Notes: generated from the letters alone by a model not told the origin. DNA of 64,000 nucleotides from Macrostomum hystrix (GCA_950097015.1 CATNEN010000039.1:12958001-13022000), one strand, 5' to 3'. Counted from the first letter of the stretch, positions 21,042 through 33,440 are shown. Numbers and translations: made by a program.

Positions 21042-24000
21042 ATGACAATGTCCATTTGTCCTTTTAAAACTTATAAAAATTACCCTATCAACAATTTATT
21101 CTCTATCTTTTTTGCATCGACTTTGTTGATTATCAGCTGTTTGTCAGAATTTTCCGCATGTGCAGAGTTTCTTCAAGATGGGGATGCTGCATCTATGGAA
21201 GGTGCAAAGTCGTTTTTTCTTAAAAAGGATTTGTCACTATCAAAGCCTTATCATGGTAAGTTTGAATATAATATTATATAATGTCAAAGGGTAGCTAGCT
21301 TGGCCTAAACCCCAGTGGGGCTAAATGTGTGCCTACTGCCTAGCTATGCATAGCTTGTTAGCTTTTTATTTCCCTTGGTATTAGTATCAAGGCATAATAG
21401 GCAATAGGCCTTGGCTAAAGCTAGCTAGCTTTCTTGATTATAAAGTGATATGTTGATATTAGGCCCTACTATTAATTATAGGGGCCTAGCCATGCCCTTG
21501 CCTTGACTTGGTAATTCAACAGATTTTATCATTTTTATCATAAAATTGTTGTTAACAGAAAATGCACACATTTTTAGCAGTTATAACACTTGATACATTA
21601 AAAATAAAAACAAGAGCCTTGAAATGAAGGATGCCAAATAAAGTCATGAAGGATACAAAAATCACAATAGGGCCTATTCAGTTCAATTAGGCCTAGTCCA
21701 ATTGGCAATATATCTTTATATCCCCTTATAACTGAACTCATGCAAAAAACATTAAAACTGTGTTTTATTGGTCCCAGGTCATTTCGGTGACAAGACATTT
21801 CGGTGACAGTCATTTCGGTGACAGAATTGGTCAGTTTGGTGACAACTATTTTTGCACCTAAATATGCAGAGAAAACAGCCTTCCATAATCCAGCAGCAGC
21901 TTAAAGCCTGCACTCGCCTTGTCAATCCAAAACAAAAAAATGATTATTATGCACATTTAATTAGGAACAAATAACTATTGAAACTATTGACTACTCATTA
22001 AATAATTTAATAATTTAACTCATTTAAAGTAAAACCTAGACTTAATCAGAGTGATGCAGCTTCTTATTAATACTTAGGCCTATAGCATTATTTAATTAAT
22101 ACTTTATAAGTGTGCATAGTTAAAATGGAATGCTGTTTTTTAGCATATTTAGGTGAAAAAATATGAGATAGGCCTTGTTTTATTCCTAGAAATATTTTCC
22201 TGTGAAATTAGTATTTTGTTTGTTTAAATGCACCAATTTGTTTAAATGCTCCGAAAATAAAAGGTTTTACTGAAGTTGTGGATGTGAGGGGAGAAGTTTT
22301 ACTATAAATACACGAGTGAAAGAGAGGGAAAAATAACCTCGTGCCTGACGAAGTTCGGAATAAAGAAAGATTGAATTTAAAGTGTTCGTGTTAAAGTTAT
22401 TTGAGAAAAAGAGACATTGCGAAAGAAAAGTAAATAGAGTGAAGAATAGCTGTAAATCTAGATCCACTGGAAAGCCCTATGAAGCGGACTGCAGATTGAA
22501 ATTGAAGACTGACTGAAGATTGAATTGAAGGTTAACTGAATAATAATTGAAGAGTGCTAAAGACTGATAAAGACGGATAAAGATTGATACAAAGTACTTA
22601 TAGAAATACTAATACTAAGTAATACAAAATACTGTATTACTTATAGAAATAATACAGTAAAGTTATAAGCAGAAGGGAATATAAAGGAAAGATACCGGCC
22701 ATATTGAAAGTATATAACGCTACCATATTTGAATACATAAATGCTACCAATTTGAATTGAGATAAGAAATACATAAAGCCAATAATTAAAGAGATTCATA
22801 AGATTGACAAAAGTATAAAAGGCCTACAACAACTTTGGTAACAGCAATAGGATTAAAATTAGCCCGGTAACATCTTTGGTGGCATTGTTAGGATTAATAT
22901 TGAATAAGAGGGAAGCCCTACGACAACTTTGGTGGCAGTGGTAAAGGATTTACCTTTTTGAGCCTGTCTAGGTTTAATATTATAAGCAAAAACATTTTTT
23001 TAGACTTCTAATTTAAATCTTAATGAAAAATGTGTACTAATTAATATAGTTACTAAATACTTAAGGATTTTTGAGGTGTTGATATATTTATTTTATAAAA
23101 ATTAAATACCTTGTTAAGATATTTTCCCTTTCATATACTTAAACACGTGCTTTAATGCACTACTTTTAATTTAATTTAGTAGCTACTGTGGCAATAACTA
23201 AGACTCTCTTTCTGTCAGGCCCCTGGGACTTTGGTGGCAGCACTCTAATCACGTCTGAGTATGTCCGCCTGACTTCGGACTCTGCGTCACAATCTGGCGC
23301 AGTTTGGTGCTCAACACCAGTTACAATGCGTCACTGGGAGGCTCATGTACACTTTAGAGTGCACGGATCCACTGGTAATCTGTTTGGCGATGGTTTTGCT
23401 TTCTGGTAAGCCAATAAAAACTTGCAATTAGGTATTATAATACTTACATATGAATACTTCTGTTGCACTTAGCTATTTTATGTAGTGATTTAAGTATTAA
23501 TGTACTGTTCGTGTAATTTTTTGCCAGAGAAACTTTGGTAGCAGCTGTAGCATGATAGATGATAATCAGCGCCCTAAATTATGCCCTCTCTCAGGTACGT
23601 AGACGCAACTAACCGGTTCACTGGCCCTGTGTTCGGCAATCAGGATCATTTTCGCGGCCTTGGCGTCTTCTTTGATACCTATAGCAACCACAATGGGCCG
23701 CACAGTCACGATCATCCCTACATATCAGCTATCGTTAGCAATGGCACTCACAGCTACGATCACGATCGGGATGGCACACACCTGCAGCTGGCTGGGTGTA
23801 CAGCCAAGTTTCGCAATCGAGATCACGACACTCTAGCCGCTATTAGCTACGTTGACAATGTGCTTACTGTGTCCACGGATATTGACAATAAGGTAGAATG
23901 CATTGCATCTATTATTGGGGTTTTTAGATCCTATAATCGATTGTTTTTTACCATGTGTCCCGGATTTTTTATCGCTACAGTGCCCTAATAAATTCTTTGG

Positions 24001-25032
24001 AATCAGAATCCCTCGATCCAATACTAAAAATATTTTCATGAGGGCTGCGGGAAATGGCACATCATTTGGTGACACTAGACCCGCAGCCATCGAGGAGGCA
24101 ATTCTGCTCATTTCGCTGACTCCTCAGTACACACGCACACAGATACTGTACGCTGGCATACGCTCACACAGGTGTGTACATCTGCCCTGGCTTTCTCATA
24201 GTCAGGCAGTGTACACTTCACTGTGCTTTGGAGGTTGGCCCTCAAGGGGCTAAATTGCACGACAAGCCCAAAGCCTTCTCTTCGCGGCTGCGCCTTAATT
24301 TAATGTGACCTCGCCGCGGAATCGAACTCAGAGTTAACTGCTCCGTCACTGACCCCTTCCCTCAATCCGAACCCAGGGAATGTGGCAGCGCTGTCTCCGT
24401 GTCAACAATGTCCGTCTGCCGACTCACTTTATCTTCGGCGCCAGCGCCATGACTGGTGATCTGTCAGACTATCACGACTTGTTGTCAATCAAGATTTATG
24501 AAGTTGATTTTCCTAGAGTGAGTTTTACCGCAATCATTATTTGTAACCCGCCGTGTTTTTGTTTTTTTACATTTCTATTTTCTCTAAATTTCATTATAGA
24601 AGCCAACCGATCTGCAAGATCTAACCAGAGACTACAGGACCATCGAACCATCGGCCGATAACTCGGAGCCAGATAGAGGTTTGTTGACAATAAAGTGTAT
24701 TTTTTGTATTGTTTTTGTCGTAGGGAAGATTAGCGGGACTTAAGCTGATAATTGAATGCAAAGTTGTAGTATTTGTAGTATTTAGCATGCTTGCAGCGGT
24801 GGGTTGACAATTATCGATAGTTATCAAGCGACATTTCATTTTTAAACGGTATAGAATAGATTTCCGACCTGTTTTTCCTACAGTGCACATCGATCAACCC
24901 GTGCCTAGCCGTTGGACCGGTTTCCGCATCTTCCTGCTGATCCTATTCTCACTAATTGGCATAGCGGCAGTGATTGTTGGCGTATATTTCTACTACACGA
25001 AGCAGGAGCAAAATAGAAAGCGATTCTATTAA
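21042..25032 (+). CDS. LMAN2: VIP36/VIPL-type L-type lectin cargo receptor, 6 coding exons
   Basis: Exons 21042 (or 21048)-21255, 23219-23405, 23595-23892, 24377-24517, 24600-24678 and 24884-25032, all GT-AG and phase-compatible. Motifs SLSKPY, HFRVHG...GDGFAFWY, GPVFG, DTYSN, YDHDRDG, AGCTAKFRN, FGASAMTGDLSD, a TM helix and the cytosolic tail NRKRFY*. Confidence 0.95.
21771..21846. repeat. Short tandem of catttcggtgaca motifs, likely a DNA-transposon subterminal repeat remnant
   Basis: Four copies of (gt)catttcggtgaca at about 14-22 bp spacing after ggtcccagg. Confidence 0.5.
22201..22951 (+). mobile_element. LTR retrotransposon remnant (LTR + tandem PBS-like motifs) in LMAN2 intron 1
   Basis: A-rich segment starting TGT (5' boundary uncertain) and ending ctacaaca. 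It is followed by three ACA-nntt-TGGT(G/A)...GGATT motifs resembling the tRNA-Leu PBS TGGTGGCAGCGGTGGGATT. Confidence 0.55.
24036..24350 (-). mobile_element. SINE family A copy in LMAN2 intron 3
   Basis: Collinear with 8820-9140 (gagggctgc...catttcgctgactcct...cgctcacacagg...ggaatcgaac). Confidence 0.85.
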
Positions 25033-25119
25033 CCCGAAGGCTTAATTTTGGTTAGTTTTTTATGTCTCGCAATGGTTGTCCGGGCCATAGACAGGGATAT
25101 CACTCGATTTGAACTTGTA

Positions 25120-26225
25120 CGAGGGGTGTCCAAAAAGTAGTGGGAATTTAAAATGTAGCTCATAATCGGATTCAGACACATTAAATTTCTATACGTTTTA
25201 TGAAAGCGGATTTATGTATCTCTGTAATGCTTATTTAATTTTGCTATTATCTTCTAGCATTCAAAAGTTATGAACAATTTAGTGCAGTTCCCCAGGGTAC
25301 AACTTACAGAAACTTTAACAAGTAGTCGTCATTAAGATGAAGCATTTGTTTTTGTTGGGGGTTCGAAGTTAGGCAGCCAGGTTTCATCACCCGTGACAAT
25401 GAGCTTTCGAAAGGCCTCCCATCCATTTCGATCTTCAACAAGCCTGAAGTTGTTGTTGCATGTGTTTTGTCGCTGTGCTTTCATCTCCGGGGTGAGAAGC
25501 CTGGGAACCCACCTGGCACTGACCTTATCGAGATTCATGCTGCGGATGCAATGATGAACTGTGGACTTGGGCGTATCCAGACGGTCAGCAATTTTCCTGA
25601 TGGTAAGGCCAGCATCTTCTTCAAGGAGATCCAAAATGCGATCTTTAAGAGTCTTGGATGCGGGCATCCTTGACCGACCGAATTTTGGCAATGCCGCCAC
25701 ATTGGTTCGACCGGTCTCAAACTCCTCAATCCATCGGTAAACCGTGCTTTTGCTTACTGCGTGTTGTCCATGGATGCGCTGCAGGTTACTCAAAATCTCG
25801 GACCCATTGTGTCCCATGCTCCACAGAGTGAAAATAGCTGTCCCTCTCTCGAGTGGATGTCCGACATGTTTGCACAATCTTCGGATGCTTCAAATGCGCA
25901 AGTATACTTGCTGAGCTGGCTTGCATCTAAAGCTTGAGACTGACTGGCTTTGGTGATGCTTGCATGAGCATAGTTCTCATGTTGAGCCCATAGACATGCT
26001 CAAGCATTTCTGTACGCATCACGCGTAAACTTGATCCAGAAAAAATTGCAAAGCAAAAATTTCTTCATTGAAAGCCTTCAAAATGTCATCTTCTGTAAGT
26101 CGTACCATGGGGAACTGTACTAAATGGCTCATAACTTTTTAATGCCAGAAGACATTGACAAAATGCAAAAAATATTGCATAGATAGATAAATCCGCTTTC
26201 AAGAAAAGTTAAAGAAATTTTGACT
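25120..26225 (-). mobile_element. Internally deleted, defective mariner element
   Basis: TA + CGAGGGGTGTCCAAAAAGT terminus at 25118-25138. Imperfect long subterminal inverted repeats at about 25180-25312 and 26090-26222. The opposite extreme terminus was not found. Confidence 0.8.
25332..25877 (-). pseudogene. Truncated mariner transposase (N-terminal HTH region to first catalytic Asp)
   Basis: STVYRW..EF..GR, KVSARWVPRLLT and IVTGDETW, then a stop; second and third Asp missing. The nearest upstream ATG (25867) is out of frame. Confidence 0.88.
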
Positions 26226-27078
26226 CTTTGCCTGCTTTTGCTTCAAGTGGTGGTGAACTCTATTCTGTATTATTTATTTTGTACACGGGTCTGCACTGCT
26301 TGGAATTTCCGAGCTGTTTGTTAACAGACAAAGGGTATTTTATTTTTTATTAAGTTAGGCTTTTAGGTGCTTTGTGTCTCATATATCAAAAGTACGAGTT
26401 CGCATACGCTAATTGTGCTACTGTCGGTCTCTATCAGTAGTAGTACTTTTTTCTTATCGTCGCCAAAAGAATCTAACGATGCGCCTGGCCACAAGTGTTG
26501 TGTCTGTATGTTGAATGTTGATGGTCTTAATTTGAATGCTTGAATGCTGCAGTCAAAAACTGACAAAACTCGAGTGTAAATTTTCCTAAACAAGCTCTTC
26601 CGAACGAGAATTACCGATTCTTAACAGTTGATGTTGGAAGTTTGCGAACCCGTGTTAGTTAAAATACATTTATAAAGCCATTTACATTCAAAAGTTCATT
26701 GAATCAAAAAGCTGTAAGTGCATTTCAGCTTTATTTGTTTATTTTTTATTTAAAATCTGTCGAATTCACTATGATAATCGATCGCAATCCCCCTTAGACA
26801 CTAAATGTAAACCTAGATCTGCGTGTACTTTTGTCATGATCTAGTATCATAACACTACACGAAATCTCAAAGATATGTATGTCTGTCTACAGAGCCTAAA
26901 TTCCTGAACCAATTACTAAATATATGGATTGGCATTATAAGAGAGATGACAATATGAAGGACCAATATTTTATTATTATTTAGTTAATTATTATGCCCCA
27001 ATTCGGTCACATGTGCAGCCGACGCTATTGTACGGCTGTTCAGTCCATGGACTGGGGAGCCGCCACACCCACCCTTAT

Positions 27079-27595
27079 CAGTAGGAAGACCACGAGGGAA
27101 CTCCAAATACTCACTGGCTTCTTCACGATAGCTCCCAAACCTGTCGGAGACCCTGGTGTCGGAGACCCTGGTGTCGGAGACACTGGTGTCGGACACCCTG
27201 GTGTCGGAGACCCTGGTGTCGGAGACCCTGGTGTCGGAGACCCTGGTGTCGGAGACCCTGGTGTCGGAGACCCTGGTGTCGGAGACCCTGGTGTCGGAGA
27301 CCCTGGTGTCGGAGACCCTGGTGTCGGAGACCCTGGTGTCGGAGACCCTGGTGTCGGAGACCCTGGTGTCGGAAACCCTGGTGTCGGAGACCCTGGTGTC
27401 GGAGACCCTGGTGTCGGAGACTCTGGTGTCGGAGACCCTGGTGTCGGAGACCCTAAACTACTAACGTTGCTCGGTACAAACTTTTGGAGCGAATCCGTAT
27501 TGGTTCAAAAATGAAAAAAATTAACAATTCAATCAATCAAAAATATTTGAGATCCCCATCATCATCAAGAGATCCCCCGCGTGATCATTCAACTG
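27079..27595. mobile_element. MITE-like insertion with imperfect CAGT...ACTG terminal inverted repeats
   Basis: Left end CAGTAGGAAGACCACGAGGGAACTC; reverse complement of right end CAGTTGAATGATCACGCGGGGGATCTC. No clean TSD. Confidence 0.55.
27142..27454. repeat. 15-bp minisatellite (tgtcggagaccctgg), about 21 copies
   Basis: Tandem units. Confidence 0.97.
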
Positions 27596-28611
27596 TCAAT
27601 TACACCAGTTATTGCTAGCATCTACTTAGCAGCTGGGTGAACTGAAGCAATGCAGAGTTAAGTGTCTTTCTAAATGACACAGATTTTTTTTGTGGACTCG
27701 GGAATCGAACCACCGAACTTCGTGAGTTCTATGCTCTAACCACACCCTTATAGTGCGTAGAGTATGATATAACTATAGTAATAATACATAGTTAAACTAT
27801 TATTGGCAACATATTAAGGCCAAGTCAGACATTCAGTATGCGTGAGGCAATTCAACTTTTAGATTTATCTAATATCAAGGGGTTTGAGAAAGATTATTGG
27901 TTGTCAAACTGTTGCGTGACTTGCATGAGTCTAGAGATTCTTAGTAGTTTGCGTCGCTGATTTATTTTTGGCTAACTGTCTTCATCAATAAATATGCGAG
28001 TACAGAAATGAGAGCTACAATTGGCGCAATTTAAATGCGAATTTCTAATGTTGTTGAGTACAGTTTGGTCTATTAATACTTTACTGTATTAAAAATCTTC
28101 TGTGTAGGTCGGGCTTCTCTTCTTTCCAACGATCCCAAATTCCATAATTAGTCTGCCCTGTACTAATCGCCCAGATACCATCTGCACACATGCGCCCAAT
28201 TCAAGCTGCAGCCATATACGCTATACGTGTATGCGCGCGGCAGCTTGAATCTAGATTCTTTTTAGCCAAAAAAAATTCTTTCTCATTGCGCACATGTGCA
28301 TAAGTACAGATTATGAGTCCACTCATTAGCCAGATGGCCTGGATAACGCCATGTGGGTGGTCTTGGATCAGGATTAGAGAAAATAATTATTAATTTTTAT
28401 TATCACATAAGATGCAAGTGTGTGCATGTTGTTGGGTTACTAAGGGCGCAGTTTCGATATCCACCCACCCTATATTTTGTTCTCAGTTTTTCTCAGTTTC
28501 TCTATGATCTCATAGTTGTACATGTTCGTGTTTTTTATCGAAAATCTTTTTGGTCTATCGACCTTAATGGATATTTATCGATCTGAGTAAATGTCTTTAG
28601 ATCCGTGTTGA

Positions 28612-28954
28612 TATCTATTGATCTATGTGAGTTTCTATCGATCTTTGTGAATTTCTACCGATCTATGTGAATTTCTATCGATCTATGTGAGTTTCTATCG
28701 ATCTTTGTGAATTTCTATCGATCTATGTGAATTTCTATCGATCTATGTGAATTTCTATCGATCCATGTGAATTTCTATCGATCTATGTGAATTTCTATCG
28801 ATCTATGTGAATTTCTATCGATCCATGTGAATTTCTATCGATCTGTGTGAAGTTCTATCGATCTGTATGAATTTCTATCGATCTTTGTGAATTTCTATCG
28901 ATCTGTGTGAAGTTCTATCGATCTGTGTGAAGTTCTATCGATCTGTGTGAATTT
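28612..28954. repeat. 20-bp minisatellite (atctatgtgaatttctatcg)
   Basis: Tandem units with period 20. Confidence 0.95.
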
Positions 28955-29610
28955 AGTTATTCACTCGCAATCTCAACTCGTTCACTTTCGTTTTAAATAA
29001 ACCTTACGATGGCACTGTTTTGCGAAACGCGTAGTTTATATAATTAAATCGAATTTTGCATGTTGATTTTCGCGTTTCTCTTCACTAGTATGATACCTAT
29101 TCATGAGGTCTTGGGTTCGTATCACAATCTATAATACAATTTTAATTCTTAGGTTTTTCGATACATATCTGCCTGTTTCGAATCGATGCTTTTTATGAAC
29201 GGTATGAAACGTATGGTGTATACCGTAACGTGTAACGGTATGAGCATACCCGTGCAAGGATAGGTTGTATCCTACATTAGGTTGCGATCACTAAGCATCG
29301 ATTGCACTCAGTGAAAGCCTAGTCCTCACGCCATTGGCTGAGGGCAACACTGTCAAATCACGGACACTCGCAACTTAAACGCTAAAGTCTTGGGCCGGTC
29401 CTCCAGCTATCAACTGCCACCCTCCAAGCCTTGGGTCCTCAAAGCACTCAAACTTGATCTCCTGCCCGCCTGAGTGAAGGTGGATTCTGAATGAAAGATC
29501 CCAGTTCTCTGCGTCTCCATTCAAGCGTCTAATCTTGGGTCCTTGCTTTTTTATCTGTGAAAGAGGACTTTTAAGCGGAATCTTAATTCTGGTCAGGCTT
29601 CTAGTTTGGT

Positions 29611-30846
29611 ATGTCAAGCAACTGCACTCTAAACTGCACATGCGGCTTGAACTTCAGCTGCGGAAATGGCACAAGCGAGGATGCCGCCACGAACTCTATC
29701 GCAATGTCGGTGGTCAAGGCGACCATCATGACTGTCATCATCGTCCTCGCGCTGGCTGGCAATGCTCTTGTCATCGCCGCGGTGCTGAAATTTCGTCGAC
29801 TTCGCATCGTAGTGACAAACGCGTTCATCGTTTCTCTGGCCTGTGCAGATTTTCTGGTGGCCCTCCTGGTGATGCCGTTCAACGCCATGCAGATCGTCGG
29901 CGGACGCTGGCCCCTCGGCCGCGTTCTCTGCAACGTGTTCAACTCCAACGACGTTTTCTTCAGCACCGCCTCCACACTGCACCTGTGCTGCATCGGTACC
30001 GACCGCTACATCGCCATCATGGATCCGTTTGAGTACGAGCGTCGAATGTCTAGACGCCGCGTCAGCCTGATGATCTGCTTCAGCTGGCTGGCCTCCCTAC
30101 TCATCTCCTACATCCCGGTGCACACCGGCATTTACACCACGCCAGAGAGTCTGCGCGAGTCCCACCTAAATCCGACGCTCTGCGTATTCGAAGTCAACCG
30201 CGTCTACGCCCTGATCTCATCGACCGTGTCCTTCTGGATCCCCTGCGTCACAATGACCTTCGTCTACGCCAGAATCTACGGCGAGGCTCACAAGCAGGAG
30301 AAGGAAATCTACAAGATGCAGAAGCTTGTCCAGAGCGCTGAGACCGGCTGCTCAGCCAAGCCGCTGTTGGATGCAAACAGCGGTGTCCCATCGTCCAGCG
30401 GTCAGCAGCCGCAGCAGCAGCAGCAGCAGTTGCGCTCAGAGCAGTCAACGCCTAGTAATCATCGAGATCGTCGCCGAATGAAGCGAGAGCACAAGGCCGC
30501 CAAGACCCTTGGCATCATCATGGGCTGCTTCATAGTCTGCTGGGTCCCGTTCTTCAGCTGGTACACCATCACCCAGGCCGTGTGCCGCTCCTGCCCCTAC
30601 CCGGAAGTGCTGGTGGAGATCCTGTTCTGGATCGGCTACTTCAATTCGTCGCTGAATCCGCTGATCTACGCATTTTTCAATAGGGAATTCCGACACGCCT
30701 TCAACAAGCTGCTGAGGCTGGACCGGCTCTGCCGCAGGTCCTACGCCAGACGGCGCGATCCGTTCACACAGGGCCACCGAGGTGGCGGCGCCGGCGGCGG
30801 AGGCGGTGCGGGACCCAGATACTCCATGGCTGACAGTCACTTGTGA
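29611..30846 (+). CDS. Class A aminergic GPCR, beta-adrenergic-like octopamine receptor (OctbetaR-type), intronless
   Basis: 7 TM segments with GN, SLACAD, TM3 Asp (NSNDVFFSTASTLHLCCIGTDRY), YALISSTVSFWIP, REHKAAKTLGIIMG, CWVPFFSWY and FWIGYFNSSLNPLIYAFFNREFR. ECL2 (GIYTT...LNPTLCVFEVN) and TM3 match insect OctbetaR patterns. Confidence 0.93.
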   Translation: MSSNCTLNCTCGLNFSCGNGTSEDAATNSIAMSVVKATIMTVIIVLALAGNALVIAAVLKFRRLRIVVTNAFIVSLACADFLVALLVMPFNAMQIVGGRWPLGRVLCNVFNSNDVFFSTASTLHLCCIGTDRYIAIMDPFEYERRMSRRRVSLMICFSWLASLLISYIPVHTGIYTTPESLRESHLNPTLCVFEVNRVYALISSTVSFWIPCVTMTFVYARIYGEAHKQEKEIYKMQKLVQSAETGCSAKPLLDANSGVPSSSGQQPQQQQQQLRSEQSTPSNHRDRRRMKREHKAAKTLGIIMGCFIVCWVPFFSWYTITQAVCRSCPYPEVLVEILFWIGYFNSSLNPLIYAFFNREFRHAFNKLLRLDRLCRRSYARRRDPFTQGHRGGGAGGGGGAGPRYSMADSHL

Positions 30847-31982
30847 TTGGCGATGATATTTGCTGGGTCTAGACAGGAACCCGTGTGTGTGTTTTAGTTC
30901 AAAGTCATGCAAATGAACTTATAGAATAGCAACAGACACGTGATCTTGAACATCACCTTGAAGACAAGTAAAAACTGTTGCTATAGCAACCAATGGTCAA
31001 CCGACAGTCAATGTGTGTATTCAATCAAAGTTAATCGAGCTTTGATTTCAGCAAGTATAGTGCCGGTCACAATGGCACTGAACCGAATTTTCGGACTATC
31101 GCTTATTTTACTGTTCTATTATTCTTTACATGCTTCTATTCTTGTGTAATGTGTTACAGTAGGAAGACTGCCTATTTCACAATTTCTCCGGAACCGGATG
31201 TCCGATTTTTGTGAAAGTCCACCAACTGAATCAGAATGTCAGCCCTTGACGATGAACTAACTTTCAAAACTGTACGAGCCAGCATCGTTGAGACGTTCAG
31301 CGATTCTCGTCGAAGACCCTGGCTGCTGGCAAGGACAGCTAACATTGTTCTGTATAAGCCTTTGTGGCGAATCCATTGGGGTTCAAAGGTGTATAAATTA
31401 ACAATGTAATCAATGCAATATAGTAAAAACAGTGGCCGACAACTCAGGATTTTCATGGCGATTGGTTAAATATTTTGGGGGATACAGAAAAAAGAGAAAA
31501 TGTTGGTATTTGAAATTGGTCTTTCTACTGTAAACCTTGTGTTTTCTAATTGGGCAAAAAAGTTTTCATAATTTTTCTGCTATACGATTGAGTTAATGGC
31601 AGGGCAAAGGAAAATGCTAATTTTTTCTATTAATTTTTCCAGGGCTTCTTGTTATAATTTTAATTTGTACTTTTGCAAATGTCTGGTTCTAGGAAAAAGC
31701 GCTGCCTAACTCCTTTGTTTGTCTTTTTATGGTTCAATACAATCAGCGTATCTGGAGGGCTTACCAACTATATTATTATATCTGCTAGGCTTCTCTGTCA
31801 ATCCACTTGCTCGTGTTGTCTGAAATGAAGTTGTTTTGTAGATTACTAAATACATTTCTACCATGTAGAGTTGCGTGTAAATTATTGATTTTTGTTTTCT
31901 AAACACATCTGGATTGTATTCAATGATATTAACTCTGGCCTTCTTTGCTGCGTGCAAAAACAAAACAAAATTACAAAATTAC

Positions 31983-33440
31983 AGTTGTCAAACTCCCCAG
32001 CTGTCAAACCCCCCAGCTGTCAAACTCCCCAGCCGTCAAACCCCCCAGCTGTCAAACTCCCCAGCCGTCAAACTCCCCAGCTGTCAAACCCCCCAGCTGT
32101 CAAACTCCCCAGCCGTCAAACTCTCCAGTTGTCAAACTCCCAGCTGTCAAACTCCCCAGCTGTCAAACTTCCCTGCTGTCAAACTCCCAGCTGTCAAACT
32201 CCCCAGCTGTCAAACTCCCCAGCTGTCAAACTCCCCAGCTGTCAAACTCCCCAGCTGTCAAACTCCCCAGCCGTCAAACTCTCCAGTTGTGAAACTCCCC
32301 AGCCGTCAAACTCCCCAGATGTCAAACTTCCCTGCTGTCAAACTCCCCAGCTGTCAAACTCCCCAGCTGTCAAACTCCCCAGCCGTCAAACTCCCCAGCT
32401 GTCAAACTTCCCTGCTGTCAAACTCCCCAGCCGTCAAACTCTCCAGTTGTCAAACTCCCAGCTGTCAAACTCCCCAGCTGTCAAACTCCCCAGCTGTCAA
32501 ACTCCCCAGTTGTCAAACTCCCCAGCTGTCAAACTTCCCTGCTGTCAAACTCTCCAGTTGTCAAACTCCCAGCTGTCAAACTCCCCAGCTGTCAAACTCC
32601 CCAGCTGTCAAACTCCCCAGTTGTCAAACTCCCCAGTTGTCAAACTCCCCAGCTGTCAAACTCCCCAGTTGTCAAACTCCCCAGCTGTCAAACTTCCCTG
32701 CTGTCAAACTCTCCAGTTGTCAAACTCCCAGCTGTCAAACTCCCCAGCTGTCAAACTCCCCAGCTGTCAAACTCCCCAGCTGTCAAACTCCCCAGCTGTC
32801 AAACTCCCCAGCTGTCAAACTCCCCAGCTGTCAAACTCCCCAGCCGTCAAACTCTCCAGTTGTGAAACTCCCCAGCCGTCAAACTCTCCAGTTGTCAAAC
32901 TCCCAGCTGTCAAACTCCCCAGCTGTCAAACTCCCCAGCTGTCAAACTCCCCAGTTGTCAAACTCCCCAGCTGTCAAACTTCCCTGCTGTCAAACTCTCC
33001 AGTTGTCAAACTCCCAGCTGTCAAACTCCCCAGCTGTCAAACTCCCCAGCTGTCAAACTCCCCAGTTGTCAAACTCCCCAGTTGTCAAACTCCCCAGCTG
33101 TCAAACTCCCCAGTTGTCAAACTCCCCAGCTGTCAAACTTCCCTGCTGTCAAACTCTCCAGTTGTCAAACTCCCAGCTGTCAAACTCCCCAGCTGTCAAA
33201 CTCCCCAGCTGTCAAACTCCCCAGCTGTCAAACTCCCCAGCTGTCAAACTCCCCAGCTGTCAAACTCCCCAGCTGTCAAACTCCCCAGCCGTCAAACTCT
33301 CCAGTTGTGAAACTCCCCAGCCGTCAAACTCCCCAGATGTCAAACTCCCCAGCTGTCAAACTCCCCAGCTGTCAAACTCCCCAGCCGTCAAACTCCCCAG
33401 CTGTCAAACTTCCCTGCTGTCAAACTCCCCTGCTGTCAAG
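31983..33440. repeat. 16-bp minisatellite (tgtcaaactccccagc) with variant units
   Basis: Tandem units of 15-16 bp. Confidence 0.97.

Larger units (their letters stand above)
26985..27745 (-). mobile_element. SINE family B split by a 517-bp insertion
   Basis: 26985-27075 and 27596-27745 are adjacent in the intact copy (cacccacct|tcaatta at about 15852-15867). Head has ggaatcgaacc (B box, reverse strand). Confidence 0.75.

Noticed and set aside
26993-27514. Elastin/collagen-like GDPGV repeat protein
   Set aside because: Starts inside a SINE and runs through a 15-bp array with no synonymous variation.
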